Assembly (NCBI RefSeq): GCF_037042905.1
Contig: NC_087251.1
Span: 13,270,001 to 13,334,000 of the forward strand
Source of the DNA: Lytechinus pictus
Taxonomy: Eukaryota
Length of the DNA: 64,000 nt
Direction: 5' to 3'
Each line of letters opens with the position of its first letter. Positions within the stretch are counted from its first letter, which is position 1. The notes beneath the pieces are model-generated. The model was not told where the DNA came from and ran no database searches. It saw only the letters and a list, made by a program, of their open reading frames with translations. Positions 50,601-64,000 of the stretch are shown piece after piece. The position numbers were made by a program, and so were the translations under genes.

Positions 50601-52407
50601 TTTAAAACATGGTAGAACTCGAACACTTTTAAGTATTGTATGTGGGGTTCACTTTTTGAGCACCACTGTATGACGACACACCAAGACCCACCTTGCCCCT
50701 TCAGTAGACTCATTACTAGATCCCAAGGAAAGAAACTGCCGCAAATCTGAATTGTTTTGGTTATAAGACCATCTTGTCATATAGTATCAAGGAAAATTTT
50801 CCTTATCTGATTATGAAAATTTATGAAAAATAAAATCATCAAATGAAAATGACCCAGCAAACAAGTGAATTTGGATAAGAATAGATAAATCAGACAAGTA
50901 AAATGCTGATCAGTATTGGATGTAAAATACAAGATTATGACTTTTTTAAAGTTTAGATGCTTTTCACAAAATATGCACGAAACAGGCAGTATGCAACTAA
51001 ACTAACCAGTTCGACACCCACTCAATCTTTTGTTGTATTGTCTATGAAATCTGAAATGATTTTACCGGTATTTTTATTTCTTTACATGGAAGAACATGGT
51101 TCACTCTTCTGTAAACGTGTGAAATTGTCATTTAAATGATGAAATATCAGTGAAAGACATGTTTGATTTTTCTATATTCATTTAAATTCATGTTATGGTC
51201 ACAAATACCTTTACCAACACCGTATGGATGATTTTTATACATTGCAATAAAATCGTATGTTCGTAAAGGTATTTGTGACAGTAGCATATACATGTATTGT
51301 GTTAAGGTGGGCTTGACTTTTAATCACTTACCGCAAATATTGTTGAATTAATGCCCTTTATTTTGAAGATCAGTTCAAACCAGAGATGTAGACCTATTTA
51401 GCAATTCTCAAAGCAGAATGTAGTTCAACTACATGTATTCTTGTCAAACAGTCATCAATGTAGCATGGTAAAGCCTTCATGTAGCTACAACCAGAGTGGG
51501 CCTCTTTCATAAATAGATACAACTATTGTAACTGCCATTATAGCAACTACCATGGTAAGACATGCTTCCATGGAAGTTAATTTAAATTCTTCATGAAACT
51601 AGCCACTGAACTCAAATTCCTGTCCACTATTATGTAATGTATCTATTCATGTTCAAATTGACACCTGCTCTACAATAGGAAGAAATCTAACTGAATGTGG
51701 TATTTAGATGAAATAGGTGATTCTAACCATTTTAATTGACTTCATGTAGGCCTATTCTTTTGTGAATCCCTTCAGCTAAACTGGTGATTTTCACTGGTTA
51801 GAGCTGGTTAATTTCTTTGTCATTGAGCATGATAAAACCCTTAATATTAAATTCACCCTAGCATGGAAGATGATTTCCTCTTGCATGCTATTGAGAAATT
51901 TTTATTAGATGTAAGAAAACAAATATTTACATATCAATCATCTATTTGGACTTCCCTTGATGATCACTAATTTTTTTTAAATATAGTATTGAAACTCCTT
52001 ACTTTTCTCAAGTTGTTAAAAATAATCTGGAAAATATGACAAACCATATAAAAAAAAATTGGAAAATAAGATAAACCATATGGTTTCATGAAATGCAGAA
52101 AAGTTTTAAAAAGCAAAACCGCATTTCTTTAGAAAAAAAATATTTTGTGGAATTTCAAGTGACAGTTATGACATATATCATATATACAAATTTTTATATG
52201 AAAAATCATAACATTTTAGCCCCATAATTTACACAAGCACAGTTTAATTCATTCATTGTTTAAATAGTGTATTGGAAATCATAATTCACTGAAATTTAAC
52301 TTCATACAAAACCTCAATTTTTTAAAGCTCTTAAAAATGCTGTGAACCATTGTACATTTCCCATCATGAAAAAATGATGATATATTGCTCCCAATTGTGT
52401 ATATATA

Positions 52408-53225
52408 CAGTGCGTCCCAGAAAAAACGAAACCGAGATTTAGCGATGATTTATCATAACTTAATCACAAATAAAATAGACAAATGACCTACCAATGTAAA
52501 GCTTAGAATCTCCTCTTTCATCTGATATTACTTAGATTATTCCTCATTCACGCATGAGTGAGCAAAAACAATTTGAAGGAAGGATACCAAAAACTCATTT
52601 GGCGGGGGTATATGAATTTCAAAAAGAAAATCACATGTCTTAAAAGTTCAATATCTGCTCTTTAATTTGATACCTCAATTACAGAAAATGGTCAAGAAAT
52701 AACAAAGTTCTGGTTATTTGAAATAAGGCTTGAATTTCCATAATTTCATTAAATAAACTGTTTTCACCGGTTTCCCACAGAAGCTATCGCATGGTTAACA
52801 AAAGACTTAATGCATGGCTGATCGTAAACAAAACGGAGTGTCGAGTGAGTTTGAACGCTAGCCTGTAAAACCTCTTCATTTTATGAAATTATTGAAATTC
52901 AAGCCTTATTTCAAATAACCAGAACTTTGTTATTTCTTGACCATTTTCTGTAATTGAGGTATCAAATTAAAGAGCAGATATTGCATTTTTTTTAAATGTG
53001 GTTTTCCTTTTGAAAGCTGGATACAACCCGCCAAATGACTTTTTGGTATCCCCTCTTCAAATTGTTTTTGCTCACTTATGCGTGAAGGAGAAATAATCTA
53101 ATTAATATCAGATGAAAGAGGAGATTCTAAGCTTTACATTGGTAGGTCATTTGTCTATTTTATTTGTGATTAAGTTATGATAAATCATCGCTAAATCTCG
53201 GTTTCGTTTTTTCTGGGACGCACTG
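52408..53225. mobile_element. Tc1/mariner-type MITE with ~345-bp TIRs
   Basis: ta|CAGTGCGTCCCAGAAAAAACGAAACC ... GGTTTCGTTTTTTCTGGGACGCACTG|ta; long inverted arms around a ~120-bp spacer. Confidence 0.95.
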
Positions 53226-53356
53226 TATAATGGATAGAATGAGGTTACTTAATTATATTGTCCTGAATAACTACTTAAGGCTTTTCATTAAAAAGGAAGA
53301 ATTTAGGGGCAATGCTCCCTTTCTGATTGATAAAAAGTTCATTGTTTTATACAGGC

Positions 53357-53997
53357 TGTCCAGTACAACACGCATTTGCCTGTACAACACACAAGTGTCC
53401 CGTACGACACGCAAGTGTCCCGTACAACACAGTATTTTGTTTATGATATATTGACAGAAATATTCAGCCAATAGCGGTTTCTAACATAATAAATGTCTTT
53501 AGTTTGATAAACTATAATTATCACCAGCCAAGTTAAGTGATTGAAGAAGTCAAAGAGACATAAAGTAAGAAAATTTGGCTTCAATTTAGAGATGTCCTTA
53601 CGACACATTTTGAGTGTCCCGTACGACACAATGTTCACGAAAATTATAATTTGCTTTATTTATTCATGAATGTTTATTTTGCTTTCTTTCATATATGTGT
53701 TTGTTTCGGGGTAATTGAATATCAATTTGAGTTTAGTTTTTATGAAAATTATCTGTCCAACTCACAGACTTTAGAGTACAAACTTGAGGTTTCCAAAAAA
53801 GCCACTTTTTCTGCGTCCCGTACCACACATTACTATTTTAAATCTGTATTATACAGGATGTGAATTCAAGTCATATTAAGTCTTGGTTTTCCTAGCACTC
53901 TTGTAGTACTTGATGGTCACCTTTTATTTACTGGAATATTTTTTGTTTTTCTTGTCGAAAAACTGTCAAATGTTCTCTAAATGTCCCGTACGACACG
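53357..53997. repeat. Dispersed/tandem GTCCCGTACGACAC motif, probably subterminal repeats of a DNA-transposon relic
   Basis: About eight copies (53357-53430 tandem, 53594, 53616, 53816, 53983). Confidence 0.65.
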
Positions 53998-54607
53998 TAT
54001 GCTTAATAGTACAATCACTTGTTTCTTTTTGTAGTTTCTCATAGACTGACAGCTCTGCTTGAATGTTATGTTATGTCGATTGTTATGTTATCTTTTATGT
54101 TAAAGGGCCAAGAATAGGGTTGAACTATTCTTGTCATATATCAAATGAAAACACCAAAGCCTCTTTATTTGGAGTCCATGAGGTAACTGTTGATTTGAAC
54201 TCTTTTTTATTTTTTTGCTCATCACTTTTGTTTCTATTCATTTTTAATGAATACCCCATCTTCAAGGGTAAGAATTCTAATACCATTTTTTATTAATGAA
54301 TCTGAATATGAATAATTTACTAAACAGCCCTATAATATCTTAATACCGAGTTCAAAGTGTTTTCACCAAAAAACAAGATGTATGATCATTGAATGACTTG
54401 CAGCTATGCTCCTTATTTAATAATGAAAATACCTTCATATCCAATGAGGCTGCTTTAGAAGTCTCAATATACAGGTGCATTGGTATGTGTTATCCTATTC
54501 AAAGACACATTCTTATCATGAAGGAAGAGATTGGTTTAAAAATAGTCAAATTTTATGCATACTTGTTGTTCTTGACATCCTGAAGCTTGCTAGAGGCTTA
54601 GTATACA

Positions 54608-55341
54608 CATGGACCTATGAAAGCTGGACATTCATCGGTTAGTTAATGAATTCACTAACATCTGACTGTCATTGTCATGTGAATGACATTCTCTTCATAT
54701 TTATCTCCTGTGATACCATCATGGTCGCCGTCAATTAAACCATGAGTTACAGAAGCTTTCGGTGATTAGACATTTAACATTAGACAAATTGTATGCGCAG
54801 AAGGTAATAAATTGCCTGAATTCTCGGAAATTAATGTGCAGTTCTGGTTTACAAATGGTTATCTTAGTTCCATGGTTTTTATTTGGAAAAATGTATGAAT
54901 ATTTCAAGATAGAGGCTGAAATGAAATTGATTGATTGTAATTTATAATCACATTTTAAAGATTTCCTCATAATATTCCAAAGAAACATGGTGGGTTTCTT
55001 GTAGGGGTCGTCCCCCTCTCGCTGTTAGAAAAGTCACTATGAGTGTGCAGAAGCGTGCAAATCGATAATAATAAATTTGATATCACAAAAATCGTCTGCT
55101 TCTCAATTTGCTGTTCCAAATCTGAAACATCTTAATTGAAAGGTATAATCTGCTACAAGACATCAGCCAACAAACGGCAAAAAGAGCAAAACATTCCTTT
55201 GTGAAGATCTGATTCGCCTTGGTAGTCGCTATTGTCAAAGCACCTGTATAGTATCATTAATACGCACATAGTCAGGAGACGGCGACTATGATTGCATCAA
55301 AAGAATGCTCGCGTTAATCGTCCATTTCTTATAGGTCCATG
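54608..55341. mobile_element. Non-autonomous P-superfamily-like element
   Basis: TIR CATGGACCTAT ... ATAGGTCCATG. 7-bp TSD GTATACA at 54601-54607 and 55342-55348. Confidence 0.8.
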
Positions 55342-58300
55342 GTATACAATACTAACCTCGTACTAGTGTGAGTGGAGGCTTGCTAGACGTGGTAACAACT
55401 ACTGTACCTTGTAACTAGGTTCCCAGAAGACTTAAATTTGAACTATTTTGTAAACAAGTTGATTTCACTTAAAGGGCCACCACTTACATACTGCAATCTA
55501 ATTATTCTGTTTGACTCCATCTTATATATTTTTTGCAGAGTGTCATATCCATGCAAATTCAATTTGAACCAATCCAAAGTTTAAAATTGTTTGCACCATC
55601 TTGTCGGTTGAATTTCATTATCAAGAAAAAAATATGCGTAACGTGACCTTGCAGTGAAATTCTGTAAGAAATTTCAACATTTTGCATTTTTAACCATTTA
55701 GATAAATATTTCATATTAAAGATTAAGGGAGACACCCATTCCCTAATGTTGTCAATTGATTACATTGTATTCCCCCCCAAAAAAAAAAATCAAACTAAAT
55801 TAATTGTTTGCAGCTTTATTAATATGAACAAATAGAGGGGTTTCAATGCTACCTGTAGTGCTCACATTGATCATGTTTCATAAAACTGTTTGTAGATTAT
55901 AAACAGGTTTTCCTGATACTGGTGATCTGCTTTTTTTGATGCTATATCAGATTTTCAATTACTTTGATACATCAGTTCACAGTTTCTTCTACAACTTTGT
56001 GTTCCTATACAAAGCCTACGGGAAAAAAGGATAGCCAAAGGGTTATGAAATCCGATCTCTGTAGATTAAAATTGTTGTTTTTAAGCATCTGGATGCAAAG
56101 TTTATTGTTCATCAAAGTTTGATTAGGGGTTTCATAAGGGAAATTCACTCCCATTATGTTCAAATAGGAAATATCTTTGGTATATCATTAGAAGCAAGAA
56201 CATGTTATCAGTTGTGTGAAACTTTAAAACTGCTTCATGAAATAATCCCTGGTCAGTTTTTGTTTGGAATTTTAGTTGTATATCAATGGTGTTTCAGAAA
56301 AGAATATTTCATGATATTACTTAAAATGATATTACTTAAAAACTTCATAGACAAGAACAAAAATACAAACAAACAAAGAGCTTGATCTATTTCCACTTAT
56401 ATTTTTATTGTCAACAGTGGAAAAAAAAAGATTGAAGGGAAATAAGTTTTCACACAAAGCAAAAAATGATAGTGAATAATTTAAAATCACGTCAAAACAC
56501 CTGAAAACTTGAAGGAAAAAAAAGCACACAAGCAGACTCTACATTATGTATTACAATGTAATACCTGTAGGGCTTTGAAGTTAAGTTACTATTTACTAGA
56601 CCTTGTATATCCTATACAGTGCAGTTTATGCTATTAGATGCGCGTTGTGCTTAGTCTTCGTTGCATTCCTGTTTCATCATCTTAAACCAGTTAATCAGAA
56701 TTTCATCATACGCTGTACTGATATAGATGGGTGAAGATAGAAAAAGATATATTTTTAGAAAGAAGAATCTACACTACAAGCCAAATAATAAGCCTGAATC
56801 ATTAACATGTACATTTGAATGATTACTATTTTTTCCTTTCTTCTTTCGGTATTATTTATTTACAAATTTCAACAATGTAAAGCTACTACGTCTAAGAACA
56901 CATTTTGCTTGAAAACAAGGCTAGTTCTGTGATCCTTTATTATCATGACAGAGTAAAATATCATATACTACCATTATCGTATTAAACTTGTAAAACTTTA
57001 TTTCAATCAATTATATAATATTGCATTTCATGTTTTACACATCCTCCTACTAAAGTGTGTACGGTTGTTTTTCGATCCCCTCAAACCACCTCAAAATCTT
57101 CAAATATTAAATAGAATAAATGTTGAGTAGATATATCCCTAAACTGATCATATATCACTTTCCGACCCTACATATCATACACTTCTTGCTAATTAATGTC
57201 CACTTCAGCTACCATGTAAAAACATCCAAATATATAGAGTTAAATATATGTTGACTTTCAACAAGGCTTCAGAGCCAATTCGTTAGTTATTATTTTTTTT
57301 GCTGATGCATTTCTAAAAATGCCTACAATTCCCATATTTTGGGATAAATATGTATATTACACAATAAAATATCTTGATTATCATGACAATGTCTTATCCA
57401 GGGAATACAGAGAGATATACTAATACGTTGTTATTGAATGTGCAGTTTTTGTGTGTATTGCATAAAACATTTATACTCTGTGCATTTCATAGTACAAAAT
57501 GAATTTTCGTTGGCTATTTTCCTCAGAGATTCAAATTTCTCTTCATAGATTACGTTTTTTAAAAACACTCTGTACATCAAATGATATACTGTACCATAAA
57601 AAGAAGACCTTCTTCTTCTTCTACATAAATGTAGCTTCGATAGTAAGATATGTTACTGTCAAAGAGAATTGTTCAACAAGCTTTTTATACAAGTACCCTG
57701 GTTGTTTTTACTTATCACTTATTAGAATTCAGAATGTGATATATACTATATCCTTTACTCACTCTACTTTAAAATTGTGTATGAATTTCTGTGTAATAAA
57801 TCAAATATGTTAGAATGTATTAAAGAAGACAAACAGCGACTGCACCATAAGAATAAATATTCAAAATGTGCAGAGTGTATTTATTTGAGTAATAAATGTG
57901 TGTGTGTGATAAGATTTGAACTAAATAGACCTTGATATGCCAAGTATGGTCAGGTTTATGGGCAGGCAAACAATTAGCAAAGGATGTGATTATCAAAAAG
58001 GCAAAGTACACCATTTACACTTCACAGGTGAATGCATTATCAACTTTTTTAAACAGTTTTTCACAGAAAATTTACTTGTAATATTTCTGCCTGATCCATT
58101 GATGACTACATGAGAAATGATCAGATTTTCATATCATTACACATTTGTTCCTGTGTCAGTCAAATAGTTGCACCATTTCGGAATTTATAAATGAAAAGAA
58201 TACTGTCATTTTACCCTAAATGAGACGATTGAAGGATATCTGTTTCTTATAGTGTTGTCATGGTGATTTACTCTGAACAGTTTGACGACTATCAATGGGT

Positions 58301-61300
58301 GTTTGAAAACATCAAAGTTTCACATGACTATAACAGCTAGTAACCCCATTTTCATTTTCACCACAAATTATCATATCAAATATCTGGGGCATGAATGAAT
58401 GGACTTCTGCATATGGTGATGGTCATCTGTTTTTTACATTATACATTTAAATGAGGTAAACATGTGTATAAAAATTGAAATATTTGCTGCAAGCAACAAA
58501 ATCAAGCTTTCTTTTACTTTCGCAGAAATAATGAAATGGAAGAGATTGACAATGACTACAGAGTCAGCCGTCTTGAACCATAGGAGAGAAAAGAATATAT
58601 TTGTACAGGAATATTAAAAATAGTACTTCTGTACATGAATTACCACTGACAGTGTATGATACAAACCAGTTTGTATATTTTTTTCTCCTATCATACCAAA
58701 AAGACACCAAACTTGGCCTACAAGATTTAAATTATTCAACACACAGCACATATTTGCAGTACCCAAAAGATGTATAAATTGGTATTGATTTACCTCTATC
58801 TATCCATGACTACAAATTATATATGACACGTGGGTTATGTAGCGATCTCTTTAAAGCATTTTTAAAAACTCAATCTCATACAAACTTGATGATTATATTC
58901 AAACAATCCATTCAGTGCAAGATATATTTCATTAACACTTCATGTACTCATAAAAATCAGATGAAAATTGTATAACTTGTATATTTTCCAATAATAATAA
59001 ATGAGAACAGTTCCATGCATTTAGAAAAAAAATGCATTTGTATGAAAGCTGTACCACAAATCCACGCAAATAATTAATGAAACAACTCATTAATCACTTA
59101 TCTTTATTTGATTTACTGGAATGCATCCATTTGCAAGCGCTTTGTATGATTTTCATATTTTCTGATTTTCTCTATTTCATGCAAAAAAAGAAATTTAAAA
59201 AACACCATAATCTCATAAAAACCTCAATTTTGTGCTTTTAAGCTATATTGTCCAAAATAGTACTTGAAAATGTGATCACTGTATTAGCTATGCCCCCTGT
59301 TTTATATCTTCCTCCAGACTTTTCTCAAACTTTGTGCCTATTTACACTCAAATATCCTTGGTAGTATACCTATGTACAGGAAAAATACATATACACAAAC
59401 ATGAACCGGAGTACAATCAACACACATTTTGCTTCATTTCAAAGAAAACGAGAAGCTTATCTCGGAACAGAACGAATAACAAAATTGCCTTTAATGTAAT
59501 ATATCATCAACTTTAAATACACATGCAAGATAGAAAAAGAGAATCCGTAATAAATACAGTCCATTATGGAAATATAACAGCAGTATTGACAATGTATAAG
59601 TTACATAATAAATAATAGTTTGCATTCAGGTTCAACAAACACTCTGTTAAAGATCACCTTTAATATAACCTTTCCTTTGCCCTTCTACCAGCATTACTTA
59701 GAGAATATAAAACATTTCATTCATAAATAGTTGATAAGGAGTCTATAAATAGACTGTAAAGTCATATCTTTATCTCTCTCAGATTGAATATCAGAATTAA
59801 TGTGTTATTTCTGATGAGTGATTGTACATCATGGTATTTGTATTAGAACAAAGGAAGTAAATTTTTTATAACAAAAACCCTGAATATGAATAAAAATTTA
59901 ATAACTAGAAATGTTTTGCAAACACTACTGTTAAATAAAAAAAACTATTTGAAATTGCACTTCAAAATAATTGCTATAATGGCTAGTAAAGTTCATAGGA
60001 TCTAGATATATCAAATTCTCTTACTCATACATGTACATTCATATACATAGTTCTATTTCACTACTTTAGCACTGTGCAGCAGGAGGTTGAAACGCATGAA
60101 AGGTGTATTATTAAAACCTAATCACCTACTATTTATTTTGGAGGTAAGACTATAATGAATTCACATGTGACCATTTCCATCCCTTTTAACCATATGAATA
60201 TGAATAACAGATTTGGTCTATCACACCATACCATGTCGCTTGGTTCTAATACCAAATACTTAATAAAGTATAGGTACTAAATGAATCTTGCGTGTCCCTT
60301 AAACAAGACACAGGCTACAAACCTGAAGTCTATTTCAGTTAGAAATACAGCATGCTCTTTTTCTCTCAATATATTGGATGAAGGAACATGTTTACCTGAT
60401 TGTATGTGTAAATTGCTGTGTAATTGAATGATAATGATTTAGTTAGCACTGTTGTTCATCTTATCATGCCAAAGATGTCAGTATACCCTTGTGAAAGATA
60501 AAATATCAAATTCAATAAAATCATCATTATTTCTGATTTCTTTTTCTTGTATTCTTTGCATACTAAAATCCATTTAAATGTATGCCAAATCATTTAATCT
60601 GTGGACTACCATATCAACGGATACCTTTTTGTTTAATACAGTGATCACCCATGCCAAATAGACAATGGGTTAACTTTTCAAAGGAGGAGGGAGAAATGAA
60701 ATTAGCAATACTGACTGCACTTTGGGTTCATCCATGTTCCTTCTTATATGCTAGATTGTAACCATAGACTGAGCAAACAGCTTCCTAACAGACCTGTGTA
60801 GGCAAGTCAAGTCGGTCTTATTCAACTGATACACGGTGAAGGAGCAATGTTTAAAAGTCATGCTGCTACCACTTGTACTTCCATGGCAGTAGTGCATGTG
60901 AAGGAGCTATTCTGAGGTGTCAATATTGGGGCTCGGATATCGCGGTGCACCTTGTTACGGATGTGTTTATTTGACTAGTGCCAAGATGTGTCGTGAAGGA
61001 TGATTTGACTTTGTGGCTCCTCATGTTTTGAATTGTAGTATTAATTATCTGTGATTTGTTACACAAAAACATGAAAAACCAATAAACCTGGGATAAAAAA
61101 TGTAAATCACTGAAAAATAAAAAGATGAAATAAATGGCAAGATTTGAATAATTAAGTGAATATTAAAATTGAAATTCTTAGGATGTAAGTCATATTTTTA
61201 CAGTCATACTTTTCCACTCTTCTTGAAAAAATGAATTTTTATACGATGGAAGGTTTAATATCAATCCTCTGCAGGGAAATTCAATTTTTAGATAATCACT

Positions 61301-62236
61301 ACATATGGGATCATCCAACAAAGATATTAAGATATATCTTATGAAAGAAATATATTAATGTTAGATGGAGAGCAATTGAGATGAGAGGCAGAGGGATGTA
61401 AGATTGCATTATTTCAGCAAATTTATAATAATAGAAGTGTTGTTTCACCAGGCCACAAGAAAAAGAATGCATGGTCACAGGAATAAAAGGAGAATATTGC
61501 CAAATACTTAAATTTTACTTTGAAATTTAATCCAAACCTTTAATCTCAAATAAACATCATAAAATGCTTGAATGCAATTGTTTTGAAAGCAACTGTAAGT
61601 ATATATAATACACCCAAAACCCCAATATGATGCATTTTCTACTCTGTTCTCACCCCTCATTTCAAAAACTAAAAAAAAAGTTATTCAATAAACTGAACAT
61701 ACAAAAACATGGAATAAAAATAATAGAAACCTTCTCCTGAATACACTGCACTCTCTCATTTCTGAGTTTTCACTTTAACAATCATTTTGTTTGTTTTAGA
61801 GCCTCCCTCCTAAATGTCTTCTGAATGACAGAATGTGCCTGATAAAACTCGACACTTGGTGCAACGTGTTTTCTATCTGCCATTTGCGGTGTAACTGTAT
61901 TCCACAAGGTGCATACTTGCTTCCAATGATGGTTGTTGAGAAAAGCTATCTTGAAGAATTCCCAAGCGCTCATAGCAAGCCATCAAAGATGGACAGCAGC
62001 TTGTCCCTCTCTTGAAAGAAGCTCCATGATGTTACAGAGATGGCATCTTTACAAAGCAACTCCTGCATAAATATGGCTCCAGTTGCAGAAATCCGGCACT
62101 CGTAGCTGGAGTGCAACATGACAGCTTCCTGCATATGAGGCATGTTCAGAGAATACTCCACAGCCGATGGTTGCAGAAGGATGAAGAACAAAAACAGTAA
62201 CCTGAATAGAACAAGAAGACAGCGTAGAGCAGCTTC

Positions 62237-62616
62237 TCAGAAGCCCTCGATGAATCCGTAGGCTTCCAGACTGCAGAGAATCAAGTAGAGAAACCAAAGG
62301 GAGACAAAGCACATTGAAGATATCAGTTTTGATTTTGCAGGACCTCCCAACTCACCGCGAATCATCGGCAGCTTCCGCCGTATCATGAGAGAGCAGATGG
62401 CAAAGAGCGCAAACACGCTGAACACAGTCACAGAGAAACCCAGACTACCTGGGTCCACCTTAAATTGCTGGTTATGGACGGCGTGGTAAACAGCGGCAAT
62501 AGTCCATGCTACACCGATACCTAAGAATACATTTACTGCGTTGCTTCCAGTAACATTGCCTACGCTGGCATCTGCATACTTGTCACCAACAGCTGCTGTT
62601 TTGCTGGCAAATGTGT
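62237..62616 (-). CDS. SLC8A: Na+/Ca2+ exchanger (SLC8A/NCX family), last coding exon
   Basis: DTFASKTAAVGDKYADASVGNVTGSNAVNVFLGIG...GELGGP...SLEAYGFIEGF*. Confidence 0.96.
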
Positions 62617-63220
62617 CTGCAAAAAAGAGGACAGAACTTGGTATGAAGTTTCTTCATAAACACTTGAATTCTCAATCAACAAACCAACAACTACTAATTC
62701 TACTTAAAATAACAATACTAATGAAAAAATCCAGGCATTGCTTCCTTTTTTAAAGCCATTTACATTCTATGAATTATGCCAAGCAAACACACATATTTTG
62801 TAATGACAAATAATTTTGAATGCAATAAGTTTAGATGGGAAAGGTAACTGGAGGTAAATCTACCATAATTGGAGTCAGTACGGGGAGTGTTTCATGAAAC
62901 AAATTGTGATTTCACTGACAAATATGCTCTGAGCCAATCAGATGTAAGAAATCTGGTAGCTTATAAAATAAGTTGGTGAAAATCACTAACTTTTTGTTTC
63001 ATGACATGCTTCCCTAGTTACCTTCATAATGTTGATCATGTCAAGAATATTTGTGCAAGAAGCCTGAGCATTGTCAATGACCAAGATCAATGTAGACTGA
63101 CCCAAGCTAATTACCATGCTAAATCCTTCCAACCTGGCCCTCATATTTAGATTGGGCTTGATCAAATTGGTCAGTTTGGCAGTGGGAACAGATCATATGT
63201 TAAGACATTTAAGCTCTTAC

Positions 63221-63487
63221 CTGGAACACTGGTACCAAGGGCTACAAAAGAGATGGCAGTGACAGTATCTTTGAGGTTGATGGTGCAACCAAAGTGTGAG
63301 GCAAGGTCAGTGATGATAGCCGTTAACCCAGCGATGACCAAGATGGCGGATGTAAAGCAAGCCCAACCACCCAGGTAGTCAGTGGGTGGTACAAACGCAA
63401 AGAGGATCTTCCAGAAGATGGTCAAGAAGTGCATGACATAGTCTCCACAGGATGGCAGCTTTTCTTCCCCATTTGCGTCATCATCGC
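63221..63487 (-). CDS. SLC8A: Na+/Ca2+ exchanger (SLC8A/NCX family), penultimate coding exon
   Basis: EEKLPSCGDYVMHFLTIFWKILFAFVPPTDYLGGWACF...DLASHFGCTINLKDTVTAISFVALGTSVP (alpha-2 repeat); cag|...|gtaag. Confidence 0.96.
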
Positions 63488-64000
63488 CTGACAGGATATG
63501 GGCGTGTAAGAAAAGCAGTAACACAAAGAATTACTAACCAATTTTGAATTCTTATTTCAGAAATTGAAGTGCCTATAGTCTGCCTTAATTTGACCTTCCA
63601 TATCAAACGTCAAACAAATTCTGTGGTCCAAAGATATTTGACCTAGATACATTCACCTGTATTTTCATATTGGCTTGAATATACTCTGTATATGTACATT
63701 CCCACCTAGCAAATATATGAAGATTTAACTAGTATGTTAACAACTGTTAATATTTATATATTTGCTGCAACATTGTCTAAATTTAATGAGGAAAAACCAT
63801 CATTAAAGTTAGTAAGGTGGTTTATCTAATGGTGTAAGACTACTATATTTGTCCAATAAGTGCCCAGTTTTGACTAATTCAGTCTATAGATAATGAAGTT
63901 CTGTCAGATTTATGAGTATAATGTGGTGGTGACTGGCAACGTTATAGTCATGTTAAGGTTAAATCAAGATCTTTATGGTCTGAATTCACAAAGACTGTTA

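Overview
AT-rich eukaryotic DNA, inferred to be invertebrate and probably echinoid from its repeat style and intron structure. It holds two convergent host genes. The first is a complete 17-coding-exon DPH6 (diphthine--ammonia ligase, about 716 aa, with C-terminal RidA/YjgF-like domains and one GC-AG intron; + strand, 20774-47632). The second is the last two coding exons of an SLC8/NCX Na+/Ca2+ exchanger (- strand, 62237-63487). The first 34 kb is dominated by transposable elements. (i) A foldback-type element has inverted arms built from a ~76-77 bp minisatellite (1-~7600; left end outside the window). (ii) A ~13 kb TTAA-flanked Kolobok-like shell (7732-20713) ends 60 bp before the DPH6 ATG and holds an up-to-five-level TE nest. 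(iii) A ~12.6 kb block in DPH6 coding intron 1 (21305-33886) has related inverted ends, two convergent decayed hAT-like DDE transposase relics and a central palindrome/tandem-repeat region. There are many MITEs with TSDs (hAT, Kolobok, Tc1/mariner, P-like) and three tRNA-derived SINEs. The DPH6 3' UTR contains degenerate copies of its own terminal coding segment. All calls come from manual reading; no database searches were run.
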